From positions 1-64,000 of IMG/VR virus record IMGVR_UViG_3300046697_000246: a stretch of DNA of 64,000 nt; one strand, 5' to 3'. Source of the DNA: a virus. The translations under genes were made by a program, and so were the position numbers. Shown here one piece after another: positions 49,298-58,330 of this stretch. The notes beneath the pieces are model-generated. The model was not told the origin of the DNA. It did not search any database and saw only the letters and a list, made by a program, of their open reading frames with translations. Positions within the stretch are counted from its first letter, which is position 1. Each line of letters starts with the position of its first letter.

Positions 49298-49672
49298 ATG
49301 ATTACAAACCTACTCGCAACCATAACAATAATGCTCGTCACCAATACCACAGAGCGTTTCCCATTGGAACAAGTGCCTGACTTTTCTCCGTCTCCTGTCG
49401 TCACTGATTCACACGGTTATGGAATGAATGACTTGGTTTATCGCTACCGCTTGGAGCCGGTCAAAGACCCCACGCAGAAGGATGTCGTGACAGAGGTTTA
49501 TGAGGTCAAGACGCTGACATTCGATTTCGAGGGCAAGCACACGATGGAAATCAGCCGCACAAGAATGTCATCCACGACGAATCATTTCGAGTTGAAGAAC
49601 AACTGGCTGCCTTCAACCAATTCGCTGCCGGAACCCAAAAGTGTTCTATTTTTTAGCCCAACAGGAAATTAA
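49298..49672 (+). CDS. hypothetical protein
   Basis: 124-aa ORF with hydrophobic N-terminus. Confidence 0.55.
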   Translation: MITNLLATITIMLVTNTTERFPLEQVPDFSPSPVVTDSHGYGMNDLVYRYRLEPVKDPTQKDVVTEVYEVKTLTFDFEGKHTMEISRTRMSSTTNHFELKNNWLPSTNSLPEPKSVLFFSPTGN

Positions 49673-49696
49673 ACAACGGATAAAAGGGAAATAAAA

Positions 49697-50089
49697 ATGA
49701 GCGATTCAACCGAGCAAATTCAAGCTGAACATTTGAAGCGGGAAGCCGCCAGGGTAGCTGACGAGCTTCTATCGCACGCAAGGGAAACGGCTCGCCAAAT
49801 GTTGCTTCTGGCAAACAAGGACGCGATTCAAATGAACACGATGCTGCAAAACCTGGCGCAGAAGATGTCGGATGTTCATACGGCTGTTTGCGGCGATGAA
49901 TACGATTTGAAAAAGCCTGGCCTTTTGAGAACTACACAAAAGCATTCTGTGACGCTTTACGGCGAGTCTGGAAAGAATGGTCTGAACGGGGATAATCAAA
50001 AATACAAGCGGATGTTTTGGATCGGGACGGGCGCGGTTGGACTGGCTCAAATTTTATTCGCGTGGTATATCGCCGTCCATTCGCATTGA
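49697..50089 (+). CDS. membrane protein (lysis-module candidate)
   Basis: Coiled coil plus C-terminal transmembrane helix. Confidence 0.5.
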   Translation: MSDSTEQIQAEHLKREAARVADELLSHARETARQMLLLANKDAIQMNTMLQNLAQKMSDVHTAVCGDEYDLKKPGLLRTTQKHSVTLYGESGKNGLNGDNQKYKRMFWIGTGAVGLAQILFAWYIAVHSH

Positions 50090-50093
50090 TTTT

Positions 50094-50294
50094 ATGAACG
50101 AACTGACAACCATCCTGCCGCCGAAATACGCGGCTTACGGCGCGGCGCTGGTCGTGCTTATTCAAGTCTGTGGCCGGGCATATCACTCGCTGGCGAGCGG
50201 CAGCGGGCTTATTGGCGCGTGGCGGGCGTTGCTCTACGGAACCACCAAGACGCCGCAGGAAACGAAAGACGCGGCAAAACCGACTGTCCCGTGA
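50094..50294 (+). CDS. holin-like small membrane protein
   Basis: 66 aa, hydrophobic helix and charged tail. Confidence 0.45.
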   Translation: MNELTTILPPKYAAYGAALVVLIQVCGRAYHSLASGSGLIGAWRALLYGTTKTPQETKDAAKPTVP

Positions 50295-50708
50295 TCGTGA
50301 ATCATGCCAAGCATCGCCGGTTCAAGGAGCGGCTGGCGGCGTTGTCACCCGGCGGCAAGCCGCTGATGAATCTGGCGAAGGTGTCGCTCCATCAGGTGGT
50401 CGTTATCCATGTCTGCACTCGCGTTAAAAAAATCACGAAGCGTCTTTTGTTTTATTGCGCGGCTCTTGCCGCATGGGTCGCGCACCTCTCGGAATGTTTT
50501 GCTCATGGACGCAAAATCAACACGCCCTTGATTGTCGTCTATGGGGTGTTATACTAACACGAATGAAAACCGCCAAGAATCACAATGCGACGATGATGCT
50601 TGAAAGGCTGTTTGAGGCGCTGGGTTGTAAGTTTGTAACGGTCACGCCGCCGCCGGATTTCACCGCCAAAGTCATGCGACGAATACGGAAGGCGAGAAAG
50701 GCTTCAAA

Positions 50709-51587
50709 GTGAAAACGTCCGGTCTTTTTACAACGCATCAGTTCACCATCCCGTCAAAATTTTCAAAGGAGGTTCAAATAATTTGCTTCGGCGATGTTCA
50801 CCGCGATTCTCCGAACCATGCGGATACAAAATGGCAGGAGGACTTGGCTTATTTCCGGTCACAAAAAGACGCCTACTTCCTCGGCATGGGAGATTATTTA
50901 GATTCCACATCCACAACTGAACGCGAATGCCTCGGCCACATTTCCAAACAGATGCACGATACTTTCCGCAAGGATATTCAGGCATTGCAACTCGCAAAAA
51001 TTGAAATGATTGCGGGCGAACTTTCGTTTATGAAGGGGCGGCTAATTGGGTTGCTAAACGGAAACCACTACTTTGAATTTCAAAGCGGAATCAACGGCGA
51101 CCAAAAGCTCGCAGAGTTGCTTGAAACAAAATATCTGGGCGTGTGCAGCCTCATGCGGTTTTTTTTCAAGTTTTCACAATCAGGCCAAACGCAAGCGATT
51201 GACATCTTTGCGCATCACGGGATGGGGGCGGCAAGGCTCATTGGCGGATCGCTTAACCGTGTGGCACAAATGTTTGAAGGCGTTGAGGCTGACATAACGA
51301 TAATGGGTCACGATCACAAGCGCGGCGCAGTCCCATCCACTCCGCGATTGTTCCTGCAAAACACGAGCAACGGAGGATTGAAGGTAAGGCAGCGCGAGAC
51401 ATGGGCGGTTCGTTCCGGTTCGTATCTGACAAGTTTCCGAGACGGTGAATCTAATTACAACGTGGACTCCTGCCGGATGCCGTCCAGTCTTGGTCATGTT
51501 GAAATGCGCGTCAAATTCACAAATGGTCGGAATACGGATGGAGGCAATGCGCGAAATGTTCGCAAAGAAATCCACTTCCTGACTTGA
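50709..51587 (+). CDS. calcineurin-like metallophosphoesterase
   Basis: GDVH, GDYLD, GNH, HHG and GHDH motifs. Confidence 0.85.
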   Translation: MKTSGLFTTHQFTIPSKFSKEVQIICFGDVHRDSPNHADTKWQEDLAYFRSQKDAYFLGMGDYLDSTSTTERECLGHISKQMHDTFRKDIQALQLAKIEMIAGELSFMKGRLIGLLNGNHYFEFQSGINGDQKLAELLETKYLGVCSLMRFFFKFSQSGQTQAIDIFAHHGMGAARLIGGSLNRVAQMFEGVEADITIMGHDHKRGAVPSTPRLFLQNTSNGGLKVRQRETWAVRSGSYLTSFRDGESNYNVDSCRMPSSLGHVEMRVKFTNGRNTDGGNARNVRKEIHFLT

Positions 51588-51839
51588 TTTTTTCCTTGCA
51601 ACCCGGCGCGGGCGGGTTTATGATTCCAATGTGATTAACGTCACCACCAATTACATCCTCGTCGCGCTGACACTCCTTTGTGTGTGCTTAAATTTGTTCC
51701 TGTTGAAGAAATGAAACCGGATCACATCATCTGGCTGGTCACGGCGGCTTACGTCCTGTTGACGGCGTTGGTGGTATTTGTCATCATTCATTTTTCTCCA
51801 GTCGCTCTGGAGAAGTAGCAAACAAACAACAACTCATAT

Positions 51840-52418
51840 ATGAATAAAATCAAAACATTCGGATCGGGCGCATTGCTGCTTCTGGCGTGCGCGTTCACGG
51901 CAACGGCGCAGACCAATGCGCCAAACTTGTCTGCGGTCACCAACGGTATGTCGTCCGACCTGACAAAGCTCGGATCGGACTTGCTGTTGGATTTCAAAAA
52001 CATCTATCCGCTGACGACCAACGGCGAGGCCACGGTGCTGCTGGCGGCGGGTAAAGGCACGGCCAAAAGTTCCCACTGGGTTGAAGCCGTTGACTTGAAC
52101 GTGCCATTGAGCAAGATGGTTTCCGTGACGGTGATAGGCGACCACATTGGCAGCACCTGGCAGGAGGGCGGCGGCACGCTGACGCTCTCTCGCACGGACA
52201 ACTGGCCGCTCATCGGCACGGTGAATGAATCCATCGGCGACGGCGCGGTGTATGACTTCAAGGCGCACGGCATGGCGAACTACCTTTACACGCAATACGA
52301 CAAGAAGTGGGACATCAGCAATAAGTTCTACATTCACGCGGGAGTGGCCGTGGCGAACATTTCATCGGTGTCAGGCGTTGAGATTCTGGCCGGTGGCGGA
52401 CTCACGTTTCACTGGTGA
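51840..52418 (+). CDS. exported protein, possible small outer-membrane beta-barrel
   Basis: Signal peptide ending ATA-Q; alternating beta strands; terminal GGGLTFHW. Confidence 0.6.
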   Translation: MNKIKTFGSGALLLLACAFTATAQTNAPNLSAVTNGMSSDLTKLGSDLLLDFKNIYPLTTNGEATVLLAAGKGTAKSSHWVEAVDLNVPLSKMVSVTVIGDHIGSTWQEGGGTLTLSRTDNWPLIGTVNESIGDGAVYDFKAHGMANYLYTQYDKKWDISNKFYIHAGVAVANISSVSGVEILAGGGLTFHW

Positions 52419-52666
52419 CCAAAAAAGCCGGGCGCGGTGCTCGTTCCTCCGACGCCGCGCCTCGGCAATCTGATTTATGGACACACACGGAATAATTTCA
52501 AAAGCCTGCGAAATCGTTTACCGACTCGTGCCGGACATAACGGTCGCGGAGCGGTTTCAGATCAGCAAGGCAGTTTCAGAGGCGGTGAAAGAAGGAACGA
52601 GACTTGCGGAGGAGGTTAAAAGAACAAAATATATGCCGGTTCGACTCCGGTAGCCCGCGCCAATTT

Positions 52667-53170
52667 ATGACCCCCGCCGAAACATTTGCCGTGTGCGGCG
52701 TCTATTTGGCGCCGGGGCAGTTCTCGACGAGGATTTCATCGGTTGACACTTCTGATTTCCGGCACTTCATTCCTACGGCCAGCGTTGAGTATTTGTCGCT
52801 GGCCGGCGTGCTGTATCGGTTTCCGCGCTACGCCCCAACCGACTTGGCGAGCATCCCGCGCCCGCTGTGGGCACTGCTTCCGCCGCAAGGTGAGGATGGC
52901 GCGGAGTATGGGCTTGCCGCCAGAGGGCATGATAATTTCTACCAAGACACCGCCTTGGTTTGGCCGGCTGGCGCAACGCCGCCAGGCCTCTTCGTCTTTG
53001 CCCCGAACGATAACACTGGCTGGATCAAGGCAACGCTGCCAAAGGCCGATTGCGATTTACTCCTTTGGGAAATGATGATCGCCTGCAAGGTGCCGGGGAG
53101 CATCGCGGAAGCTATCTACATGGGCGTCAAGCTCGGAGGCGCTAGTGCTTTCGACAAAGATCGCTCTTGA
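52667..53170 (+). CDS. DUF1353 family protein
   Basis: TDLASIPRPLW...AARGHDNFY...AD...Y.GV.LGG. Confidence 0.75.
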   Translation: MTPAETFAVCGVYLAPGQFSTRISSVDTSDFRHFIPTASVEYLSLAGVLYRFPRYAPTDLASIPRPLWALLPPQGEDGAEYGLAARGHDNFYQDTALVWPAGATPPGLFVFAPNDNTGWIKATLPKADCDLLLWEMMIACKVPGSIAEAIYMGVKLGGASAFDKDRS

Positions 53171-53216
53171 ACCGTGAACATTGGCTTCGACCATATTGCG
53201 GACTCGCGCAACATGG

Positions 53217-53426
53217 TCAAACATATCTCGTTTTGCGCATCTCCCGCCAAGCCACATTGTAAGCCGAGTGGCCGAGTGCTTTATTTGACAGTCCCGTCCA
53301 CCATCGTCGGTTCGTCTTGCGCGGGACTCTTCGTCTCATTAAACGGGCGTATTCGTTCGCGCCGAGTTCTTTCCATGAAAGCCCGCTTTTGTTTGGACGA
53401 CCAATTTTTGGAAGTGTTGGTTTCAT
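53217..53426 (-). CDS. hypothetical basic protein
   Basis: ATGA-coupled to the upstream gene; GRP motif. Confidence 0.5.
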   Translation of the reverse strand: MKPTLPKIGRPNKSGLSWKELGANEYARLMRRRVPRKTNRRWWTGLSNKALGHSAYNVAWREMRKTRYV

Positions 53427-53824
53427 GAGGTTAAAACGGCTCGAATCAAATCAGAACATTTGCCCGGATTGTCAGCAAATGTCTCAACCATTTGAGGTGT
53501 TACCGCCGATCCGACGTGTCGGAAATCCATCACGGCACCGTCCATCCGGCCAAGAAGCCCTGTTGCCTTTTTTCTGAATCGGTTTCGCGTCTCCGGCACG
53601 TCAGCGCAATCCTTCTGCATTTGTTGCCATTTTGTAGCCAGTGAATAGAGCGCGTGCGTCACGTCGCGCGTCGTCCGGTAATAACGAGCGCAATGGTCAC
53701 AAGCGATGTGATCTTTGAAACTCATTATTATTTTATCAAGAATTGGATTAAATTTAATAGTTTCATCAAAATTGAATGTGCCGGCTTTGTGGCAGAACGT
53801 GCAATTATAGGGGATTTGTGTCAT
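53423..53824 (-). CDS. zinc-binding protein downstream of the replication initiator
   Basis: CTFC...CDHC. Confidence 0.55.
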   Translation of the reverse strand: MTQIPYNCTFCHKAGTFNFDETIKFNPILDKIIMSFKDHIACDHCARYYRTTRDVTHALYSLATKWQQMQKDCADVPETRNRFRKKATGLLGRMDGAVMDFRHVGSAVTPQMVETFADNPGKCSDLIRAVLTS

Positions 53825-54561
53825 AGCTGGTTTGCGAGGTTGCGGATGCGTTTTTCTTCTTCAGGTGATCTCTCTGGTTTGAAATTTCGGGCTTGGTCAA
53901 CGAACTTCTCCCATCCTGTGACAAGGGAAAAAAGTGATTGCGGCGGTTTCCTGGCCCTCGGAATAAACCGCTCGATCTCGGCAAGTTCTTCCAAAATGTC
54001 CGGTCTGCCCGTCAACCTTGAAATATCAGCCTGTTCAGAATAAGGCATTCCGTTTTGTTTGCGTTTGAATAAGCCAAAAAGACGGATCTCGACCTGGTTG
54101 AAAACATCTATTTCAGGCTTGGGGTTAGAAGCAGAGGTAGAAGCAGAGGCATATGCATATGCAGAGGGTGTTGGGGTGTTTGTTCCTACAGGCTGTTGGG
54201 GGTGTTGTTCATGTTTTGTTCGTGCTATTCCGGACAATCTACCCGCCTTTCTGCGCTCTTCTTTGATTTCACAGTCTCTTTTTCGGCGTCGGCTTGTTAG
54301 AGTTATGTTCCCGTTCCGTTCGTCAATATCGGCAACTTCGCGCGCTTTTAGCTGCTGAATTGCCATCGAAAGTTCAACCGGAAGGCACGAAAGAAGCCCG
54401 CAAAGCTCCTCGTTTGTGCCGGAAATCTGGCAGGCCCCGGACAGCATCATGGTGTTCAACGCGTCAAACCAGATTCCGCGAGTTGATGGCCGGCAGAGGC
54501 GCAATCCAGGCTCGCTCGCCCAGTTGGTCGGATACCACTTTTCCCATGGGAGTTCAGGCAT
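53821..54561 (-). CDS. phage replication initiator (DUF1376/YdaU-like N-terminus)
   Basis: PWEKWYPTNWASEPGLRLC..RGIWFDAL, RRKAG, AYAYASAS linker. Confidence 0.7.
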   Translation of the reverse strand: MPELPWEKWYPTNWASEPGLRLCRPSTRGIWFDALNTMMLSGACQISGTNEELCGLLSCLPVELSMAIQQLKAREVADIDERNGNITLTSRRRKRDCEIKEERRKAGRLSGIARTKHEQHPQQPVGTNTPTPSAYAYASASTSASNPKPEIDVFNQVEIRLFGLFKRKQNGMPYSEQADISRLTGRPDILEELAEIERFIPRARKPPQSLFSLVTGWEKFVDQARNFKPERSPEEEKRIRNLANQL

Positions 54562-54726
54562 AATAAAAAAGACCGCCATCAATCTTCACCCACGAGAAAG
54601 TTGTGACGCCCGCAAGCGGGGTCGGATTGACAGCGGCCAAAATGGAAAATGCGGTCGTCACAAGTGCATTCTCGCACACCCGCGCGCCGGATGCAAGCAA
54701 AATCTCGATATTTTTGGAGGGAGGGG

Positions 54727-55293
54727 TCATAAAAGTGCCAACTCCTGCTCAACGGCATGGATTTGAGCCGTGGCGGGCGGTGGTGGCGTCGAGTTGCGTT
54801 CCAGCCATGTCCGGGCAGCCGCCGCGCTTTTGAGGCGGTTAAACTCACTAAATGACATGCGTGGTGGCTTTGGCTTCTCTGACAATGCCCTTTCAATACT
54901 CCACCCACGATTTAGGCGGTTGATAATTGTATTGTGCGGGATACCCATTAACTTTCCCCAATCCACCAGACAGCGAACAACTCCATTAAAATTAAGAATG
55001 TGATTAGTGTGTTGGTTTCTGTTTTGCTCTGCACAAGTTGCCCAGCGACAATTTTCTTTTGAGTAAGAAAAATCATTGTCAATTCTTTCAATAGACTTTC
55101 CGCCAGGCCTTGGCCCCATATCTTCAAAGAAATTAGGAAATGAATGCCTCCAACGATCACAGACAAAAATCCCGCGCCCCCCATATCGTGGAAACGCATC
55201 TACGTTCGGATTGTAACACCTTGCAAGCATGGCCTTCCAAATTCGATATTCGGTCGTTTCACCGCCTCTTTTTGCCGCGCCGTGTTTCGTCAT
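54727..55293 (-). CDS. HNH homing endonuclease-like protein
   Basis: YRIWKAMLARCYNPN..YGGRGI.VCDRW..F.EDMG.RP..SIERIDND..Y.KENCRWAT. Confidence 0.85.
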   Translation of the reverse strand: MTKHGAAKRGGETTEYRIWKAMLARCYNPNVDAFPRYGGRGIFVCDRWRHSFPNFFEDMGPRPGGKSIERIDNDFSYSKENCRWATCAEQNRNQHTNHILNFNGVVRCLVDWGKLMGIPHNTIINRLNRGWSIERALSEKPKPPRMSFSEFNRLKSAAAARTWLERNSTPPPPATAQIHAVEQELALL

Positions 55294-55460
55294 AAAATTT
55301 TGGGTTGGCGTTTTAGGCAATCTTCAATTCCACGCTTCATCATGTCATTAGCGAGCGAAGGAGTTGAAAGTGAAAGCCCAAGTTGTTTTTTTAATTTTGC
55401 CAGCAACGCCCAATTATCCGGCGTTACTCGAACCCTGTTATGTTTGTCGCATTTGCTCAT
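55290..55460 (-). CDS. small RHH-like regulator
   Basis: RVRVTPDNWALLAKLK..GLS; coupled to the HNH gene. Confidence 0.5.
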   Translation of the reverse strand: MSKCDKHNRVRVTPDNWALLAKLKKQLGLSLSTPSLANDMMKRGIEDCLKRQPKIL

Positions 55461-55559
55461 GGCACACAATGTATCGTAGTGGGTTAATATGGTCAACAGA
55501 TTTTTTTCCGCTCGGCGTCGGATTGTTCTGGTGGACGGGTTTTCATAAAGTTTTCAGGT

Positions 55560-55826
55560 TCACGCCCGCATTAAAACCTGCTGGACTTTCTTGCCGGCCA
55601 AAGTCGGGCTGATTGTCCAGCCGCCATTCGGAAGTTTGTAGGTGCTGAACTGCATCTGTGGTTGGTCTTTTAGTTTTATGGTGACAACGACATCAGGCCG
55701 GATTTTAGGGCGAAACACACTCTCGTTTTCCGGGATCAATTCGGATGCGGCCTTGTGCTGGTAATACGCAGCAATGTTGCCCCGACGAATCGCCGCCTTC
55801 CAAGTGCTTGAATGAAAACGAGACAT
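55560..55826 (-). CDS. hypothetical protein
   Basis: 88-aa ORF starting at the left boundary site of the cassette array. Confidence 0.55.
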   Translation of the reverse strand: MSRFHSSTWKAAIRRGNIAAYYQHKAASELIPENESVFRPKIRPDVVVTIKLKDQPQMQFSTYKLPNGGWTISPTLAGKKVQQVLMRA

Positions 55827-55870
55827 AAATGTTAAGTGATTTTCACTTCGGCTTATCAGCTATGTTAGCC
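55818..55870 (+). repeat. left boundary site (attI-like or decayed attC)
   Basis: GCTTATC-AGCTAT-GTTAGCC; GTTAGCCGTCAC (55864-75) complements GTGACGGCTAAC (56575-86); no intact AAC arm. Confidence 0.6.
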
Positions 55871-56157
55871 GTCACTAGCTGGCTCTTTGGCGGGTAGCCT
55901 GATGCCTCGTCACATACACGCTGCATCCATTCCGCCAATGTCAGATTGTGCAGCCGTGCCATTCGCACATACCAGTTCTTGCGCGCCATCACGACGCGCA
56001 GGTGGATGTGTCCTGTGGCAGCTACGCTGTCATTCAGCGGACGACCAGCCCCGCGTCCTAGGTCGGCGGTTTTAGCGCCACGGGGCCGGTCGTGAGATTC
56101 TTCGTGGCATCGGACGCATACGTCCGAGTCTTTGCCGTGTTCGCATTTGTGGGCCAT
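55843..56157 (-). CDS. cassette gene: RHH-like regulator, paralog of 1835..2050
   Basis: Shared GRPL.D.VAATGHIHLRV..ARK.WYVR.ARL.N.TLAEWMQ..CD..S.YPPK. Confidence 0.7.
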   Translation of the reverse strand: MAHKCEHGKDSDVCVRCHEESHDRPRGAKTADLGRGAGRPLNDSVAATGHIHLRVVMARKNWYVRMARLHNLTLAEWMQRVCDEASGYPPKSQLVTANIADKPK

Positions 56158-56158
56158 A

Positions 56159-56404
56159 TTATTTCAGCAGCTTGGCGACTTCGGAGGCGATGCGGCTATT
56201 GTGCGGCTCGCCGATATTGTCAGCCGTCCACCATCCACGGCGCGAGGCTCGGCAGTCGCCCGGCGCGCAGCCGTATCCGCACTTGCATTGCGGATCGGAA
56301 TGATTGACGTGGGTTGCTCCGGTAGCAGCCTCGATCTTGCTGACGATTTTGCGGGACAGGAATCCGTCGTGGCATCCGAAGATATATTCGCTTGAGGTTG
56401 TCAT
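56159..56404 (-). CDS. cassette gene: Cys-rich hypothetical protein
   Basis: CKCGYGC..C; downstream of the cassette promoter. Confidence 0.6.
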   Translation of the reverse strand: MTTSSEYIFGCHDGFLSRKIVSKIEAATGATHVNHSDPQCKCGYGCAPGDCRASRRGWWTADNIGEPHNSRIASEVAKLLK

Positions 56405-56475
56405 ATTTTTGTCTGTGTTGTTTGTTCACTTCCCGGATTCGCCGGGGCGATTTGTTGGTTTCTTCCAACACAGAT

Positions 56476-56504
56476 AGTTTCGCATTTCATCTTCATTTTG
56501 TCAA
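56476..56504 (-). promoter_or_regulatory. cassette-internal promoter TTGACA-N17-GAAACT
   Basis: Consensus -35; shares 15 bp with the promoter at 3398. Confidence 0.6.
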
Positions 56505-56579
56505 CACATTATTATCAGATTTTTACGATTTATTTTGCCCTTGAAAACATTGACGATTTTAGTGTTTTTCGCCCGTGAC

Positions 56580-56669
56580 GGCTAACAAATCGGTGCAGCC
56601 AATGCCGGTTGGCGCTCTCAGCCAAGTCCGGGCGTCACTGGCCCGGCATGGCTGACCTCTGCGTTGGGT
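56580..56669 (+). repeat. attC-like site 1
   Basis: GGCTAAC..CAGCCAATGCCGG..CCGGCATGGCTG..GTTGGGT. Confidence 0.85.
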
Positions 56670-56780
56670 GCAGAAAAGTTTCATGCGGATTCTCCATGCG
56701 CTTGCGGGCGTTTGCCGCTGCGCCGAGTTTGCCAAGTCTTGAGGCGTTTCCTTTGTGAAACCTGCCATGTCTAGCGGTGA

Positions 56781-56802
56781 TTATTATATCAGCCTGTTGG
56801 GC
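56781..56802 (+). repeat. second attI-like simple site
   Basis: TATCAGCCT-GTTGGGC; GTTGGGCGGCACA (56796-808) complements TGTGCCGCCCAAC (57262-74); no hairpin arm upstream. Confidence 0.55.
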
Positions 56803-56835
56803 GGCACAGCGCACGCGCACTGTGCCGCGTGAGTT

Positions 56836-57282
56836 TTATTTGTTTCGGGTAGCTTCAAGGATTGGCAGGTTGGCTTCGGTCGGCACATAGACCACGGTTT
56901 TATCCGTGCCTTGCGCGGCCACGTCGTTGATCCAGAGGTAGCGGAGATACGCTTCGTTGTTTTTCAGCGATTCGCCGATTATCTGGTTTGCTTTTGCGAC
57001 ACCACCAGCGCGGATTACTTCCGCTTGCGCCAGCAGTTCCGCCGATTCCATTTTGGCCTTCGCTTCGGCCACGGCCACTTCTTTTGCGGACTGAGCGTGT
57101 GCCAGCATTGCCTGGCCGAGTGCGCGGCTCGCATAGATGTTGTATTGAGGATACGCCCACATTGCGCCGAAGATTACGACGCCGATTGCCACGATTGATG
57201 CGACGATCCAGCCCGCGTAGTTTGGTTCACCATTTTCTTTCATTGTTGTGTGTCTTTCGATTGTGCCGCCCAACAACCGCAT
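56836..57282 (-). CDS. cassette gene: membrane-anchored SPFH-like coiled-coil protein
   Basis: Transmembrane helix, EAKAKMESA..AEVIRA.GVAKANQIIG.SL..YLRYLWI..VVYVPTEANLPILEA. Confidence 0.7.
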   Translation of the reverse strand: MRLLGGTIERHTTMKENGEPNYAGWIVASIVAIGVVIFGAMWAYPQYNIYASRALGQAMLAHAQSAKEVAVAEAKAKMESAELLAQAEVIRAGGVAKANQIIGESLKNNEAYLRYLWINDVAAQGTDKTVVYVPTEANLPILEATRNK

Positions 57283-57376
57283 GGAGCCAATGCGGGTTGG
57301 ACGCGCAGTTTATTTCGTTGAGGCTCCAGATTGTTTCACGGTTTCAGTCCCGCATGGCTCATGCGGAGCGTTAGAC
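57268..57376 (+). repeat. attC-like site 2
   Basis: GCCCAAC..CCGCATGGAGCCAATGCGGG..CCCGCATGGCTCATGCGG..GTTAGAC. Confidence 0.9.
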
Positions 57377-57516
57377 AGCCGGGCGGAGCGTTTTGCTTTA
57401 CGGCGAGCTTTTTGAAGTGCGGCCTGTTGCGCTGGCGTGATTATCCGCGTGCGCTTACGTTTCTTCGGGCCTTGCGCGCCCCACCGCTTGAAATCTTCTG
57501 ACGTGTAGGTTTTCAA
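57310..57516 (-). CDS. cassette gene: small basic protein
   Basis: K/R-rich; reads into attC2. Confidence 0.55.
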   Translation of the reverse strand: MKTYTSEDFKRWGAQGPKKRKRTRIITPAQQAALQKARRKAKRSARLSNAPHEPCGTETVKQSGASTK

Positions 57517-57836
57517 AATTGGTGCCGGTCTTTATGGGTTTCATCCCAATGTTCTTTTGCGTGGCAGTTACCGCAAAGTAATTCGCATTTAGAAATCTCA
57601 ATCTTAACCTTTTCTAAAGACTTTGTTTGCGCTAAAAGCCTGTTCACTCTATCCACTTTCGTTGATGGGTCAATATGGTGGAACTGCAAACAGGCCGGAT
57701 GAGATTCACCGCACCTTTTACAGCCTGACAATTTAACACCCAACACATACGCCCTTAATTTAGCTCTGTGAGCGGACTGCCGCTTACGCTCACTCTCTTT
57801 GTAGAGATGTAAATTTTCACGCCCGATGTAACTCAT
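57513..57836 (-). CDS. cassette gene: small zinc-binding HNH endonuclease
   Basis: CKRCG..LQFHH.DP..KCELLCGNCH..EH. Confidence 0.85.
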   Translation of the reverse strand: MSYIGRENLHLYKESERKRQSAHRAKLRAYVLGVKLSGCKRCGESHPACLQFHHIDPSTKVDRVNRLLAQTKSLEKVKIEISKCELLCGNCHAKEHWDETHKDRHQF

Positions 57837-57844
57837 AAATTTAT

Positions 57845-58160
57845 TGCGGGTCTTTCCCCGCTGTCATCACCTTCGGACGATCAATCCAATCCACGGCCAC
57901 GGTGCGGGCCTGTCCCAGCTTCGGTTGCTGCTCCACTTCCGGCATTGTTGATGCCAGTTCCTCACGCGGGGCTATGAGTCGGAACCGCCGGAGGCTTTCG
58001 CCAAATTATCTCCGGACTTTCACGCCGTCCGGCTGGCGGCTCTTACGTTAGACAGATTCCGCGCTCTGCCGTGCTTTCGTGCGGCTCAGTTTATTTTATA
58101 CTCACTTCACTGGAGCCGACTCCGTTTTTCACAAGTCGCACTGCCGGTTTCCCGCGTGCA
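57845..58160 (-). ncRNA. putative structured ncRNA upstream of the HNH gene
   Basis: No convincing ORF; several stems with GAAA/GUGA loops on the minus strand; promoter-like TTGATT-N16-TATAAA at 58167-58194. Confidence 0.6.
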
Positions 58161-58233
58161 AGATTATTTATATCATATCCCCGTTACGAATCAAACTCTT
58201 TTTTGATTTATTTTCGTGAATCGCAAACCGGCT

Positions 58234-58330
58234 GTCTAACAACGCGCTGGAACCAACGCCCATTATCGCTGTCAGTCCGCTACGCGGGTCATTCCTCAAG
58301 CTGGGCGTGGTTCAGCTTGAGGCGTTAGAC
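58234..58330 (+). repeat. attC-like site 3
   Basis: GTCTAAC..GCTGGAACCAACGCCCA..TGGGCGTGGTTCAGC..GTTAGAC. Confidence 0.9.
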
